Shown here: positions 61,946 through 64,000 of the stretch, in pieces
How positions within the stretch are numbered: the first letter of the stretch is position 1
Layout: every line of letters begins with the position of its first letter
DNA from: Aureliella sp.
GTDB taxonomy: Bacteria > Planctomycetota > Planctomycetia > Pirellulales > Pirellulaceae
Direction: 5' to 3'
Length of the DNA stretch: 64,000 bases
Assembly: GCA_963691875.1 (NCBI GenBank)
Contig: OY829846.1
Coordinates: 1,408,001-1,472,000, forward strand
Position numbers and translations under genes: made by a program
The notes under the pieces: generated by a model
What the model was told of the DNA's origin: nothing
The model's input: only the letters and a program-made list of their open reading frames with translations
Database searches by the model: none

Positions 61946-62449
61946 CTAAACGGCGACGGCTTGCATTTTTGCCGCGGGGACGACCTCTCTGCTTGGTACG
62001 TGCTGCAATTCGTGGACCCGATGTTCTGCATTTCGAAGGCGGCGACTTACTTCGCGGCCCATGTTCATCATGATTATCGCATACTGCTCAAGGTCTTTCT
62101 TGTAGAGTTCAAACAGCTGTCGGCGATGAACTTCTAGGGCCACGCTGTTGGTGATCGCTTGGACACTCGTAGCTCGTGGCATGAGGTCGATCAGCGACAT
62201 TTCGCCGAAGCAGTCGCCTTCATAGAGCCGCGAAAGTACGATGTCAGTGTCGCCTTTGATTTTCTTGCAAGCAACGGCGCCTTCGATGAGCACGTACAAG
62301 TGGTCCCCAGGCTGGTTCTCGAGATAAAAATACTCGGCAGGTTCGCGTTCAACCAAAGTTGCGGACAAGACAAGCATCTTCAAAGACTCGTCCTTCAGTC
62401 CAGCAAAGACAGCCATGCGTCGAAGCGAATGCAGATAAGTCTGAGGCAT
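61946..62449 (-). CDS. Stand-alone cyclic-nucleotide-binding domain protein
   Basis: GDHLYVLIEG, GDCFGEMSLID, PRATSVQA, C-helix SRRLR; no HTH. Confidence 0.85.
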   Translation of the reverse strand: MPQTYLHSLRRMAVFAGLKDESLKMLVLSATLVEREPAEYFYLENQPGDHLYVLIEGAVACKKIKGDTDIVLSRLYEGDCFGEMSLIDLMPRATSVQAITNSVALEVHRRQLFELYKKDLEQYAIIMMNMGREVSRRLRNAEHRVHELQHVPSREVVPAAKMQAVAV

Positions 62450-62754
62450 GAGTTAGTTGGAAATTTAGTGGGACGAGAGATCGTGCGTCGACATTAAGAC
62501 CTCTCATCGACCGTCGCCGCCAATGCTTGCAAAAGAAACTGGCCAAATGGTTTAAAAAAACAAAGGCTTGCTGCCTGTCTTGACGGCTTACAGTCAAAAC
62601 CGCTAGTTTGTGATTTCACGGCGTCTAGTTCACGCAAACTGGTCTCCCCTTCTGAAGCATTCAGGAAGTTGATGACTAGGATGAGCGTGGAAAACGCCGA
62701 TTGTCAGGCCCATTCGCGGGCTAAAACATCACTCTTGCGGTCAAGGATGACCTT

Positions 62755-63927
62755 ATGTCGGGCAATGATGCCACCGTCACTACGCCAGTCCCTTTGCTGG
62801 ACGTTTCTCGATCCAACTCTTCCATTCGCGATGAAGTGCTCGCTGCAATTGCAGAAGTTTACGATAGCGGGCGATTTCTCTTCGGTCCTCCTGTCCAACA
62901 ACTTGAGCAAGAGTGTGCTAACATCAGCAACACTCAATATGCAGCCGGTTGTGCATCAGGAAGCGATGCTTTGCTGCTATCGCTGATGGCACTTGGGATA
63001 GGTCCGGGCGACGAAGTGATTTGTCCGAGCTTCAGTTTCTTTGCTACTGCTAGCTGTGTCTCTCGGTTGGGCGCGAACATTGTTTTTGCGGATGTTGATC
63101 CCAACACGTACAATATCGATCCAGCCGATTTCGAAGCCAAAGTGACAACCCGCACTCGCGCGGTCATTCCGGTGCACTTGTTTGGTCAATCGGCAGCCAT
63201 GGACCGCGTTTGCAGCATCGCTGCTCAGCATGAGATTCCGGTCGTCGAGGATGCGGCTCAAGCAATCGGTGCGGCTTATCACGGTCGGCCTGTCGGAAGC
63301 TGGGGCCAAATAGGCTGCATCAGCTTTTACCCGACAAAGAACTTGGGTGGTTTCGGTGACGGCGGAATGCTTGTTTCCAACAGTGAGATTTTAATCGATC
63401 GCCTGCGTTTGCTCTCCGGCCATGGCATGCGTCCACGCTACTACCATTCCGAAGTGGGCATCAACAGCCGACTCGACAGCTTTCAAGCAGCAGGTCTGAT
63501 GGTCAAAATCGGGCACTTGAACAGCTACACATCTAGTCGACGACAGAACGCTCAAACCTACAAGCGAATGCTGGGAGAGAGTAGCCTGCTTGGCGAGCAG
63601 ATCGAGCTGCCGTACGAAGATCCGGCCGCATTCCATGTATGGAATCAGTTCAGCCTACGAGTAACTGGCGGCCGCCGAGATGCCTTGCGAGCTCATTTGC
63701 AGAGCCAACAAATCGGCTCCGAAATCTACTATCCGATTCCTCTGCACCAACAAGAGTGCTACCGAGATCTGGGGTATCAGCGAGGCAGTTTGCCACACAC
63801 CGAAAACGCTTCCGAAGAGATCCTACACCTGCCGATTTTTCCGGAGCTTCGGGAGTCGGAGCAAGAGGCCGTGGTGAGTTGCATTCGCGAATTCTACGAC
63901 CAGCAATCTGCCCGCCGCGCAGCCTAA
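62755..63927 (+). CDS. DegT/DnrJ/EryC1/StrS sugar aminotransferase
   Basis: SGSDAL, GPGDEVI, PVHLFGQ, EDAAQAIG, SFYPTKNLG, NSRLD. Confidence 0.95.
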   Translation: MSGNDATVTTPVPLLDVSRSNSSIRDEVLAAIAEVYDSGRFLFGPPVQQLEQECANISNTQYAAGCASGSDALLLSLMALGIGPGDEVICPSFSFFATASCVSRLGANIVFADVDPNTYNIDPADFEAKVTTRTRAVIPVHLFGQSAAMDRVCSIAAQHEIPVVEDAAQAIGAAYHGRPVGSWGQIGCISFYPTKNLGGFGDGGMLVSNSEILIDRLRLLSGHGMRPRYYHSEVGINSRLDSFQAAGLMVKIGHLNSYTSSRRQNAQTYKRMLGESSLLGEQIELPYEDPAAFHVWNQFSLRVTGGRRDALRAHLQSQQIGSEIYYPIPLHQQECYRDLGYQRGSLPHTENASEEILHLPIFPELRESEQEAVVSCIREFYDQQSARRAA

Positions 63928-63952
63928 CTGTCGGTTGTTTAGTGTAATCCTG

Positions 63953-63981
63953 AAGGGAAGGTCTCGCGGCCTTCCCTTTTT
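63953..63981 (+). terminator. Intrinsic terminator
   Basis: AAGGGAAGG...CCTTCCC followed by TTTTT. Confidence 0.85.
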
Positions 63982-64000
63982 GCGTTCCGCTGAACTTAGT

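Overview
The window is bacterial DNA that looks like Planctomycetota (Pirellulales-like), judged from a DUF1501 gene paired with a PSD1/planctomycete cytochrome c gene, three sulfatases, a planctomycete-type LptD and a planctomycete-type flagellin core. It is mostly ordinary chromosome. It holds part of a Tad pilus locus (cpaA-B-C-E), a NatAB-like ABC transporter, a PEP-CTERM protein, tRNA-Val(GAC) with a small decayed island at its 3' end, a FadL-type porin, lptD, a seven-heme cytochrome c with a cytochrome b partner, proA, csrA, nadA, an eroded IS3-family element and a DegT aminotransferase. Several loci are pseudogenes: a GntR gene missed by the ORF track, a Crp/anti-sigma/oxidoreductase/DUF547 block, a cyanophycinase, the IS3 element and a VOC fragment. 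The most interesting signals are (i) a candidate sigma54 promoter, csrA and an intact flagellin paralogue lacking its N-terminal export region, together with CsrA-type GGA hairpins in the Tad leaders, (ii) the seven-heme cytochrome/cytochrome b pair, (iii) 60-bp direct repeats and a degenerate attC next to the tRNA, and (iv) a two-copy ~60-nt hairpin element with compensatory base changes. All family assignments come from motif recognition by eye; no database searches were run.
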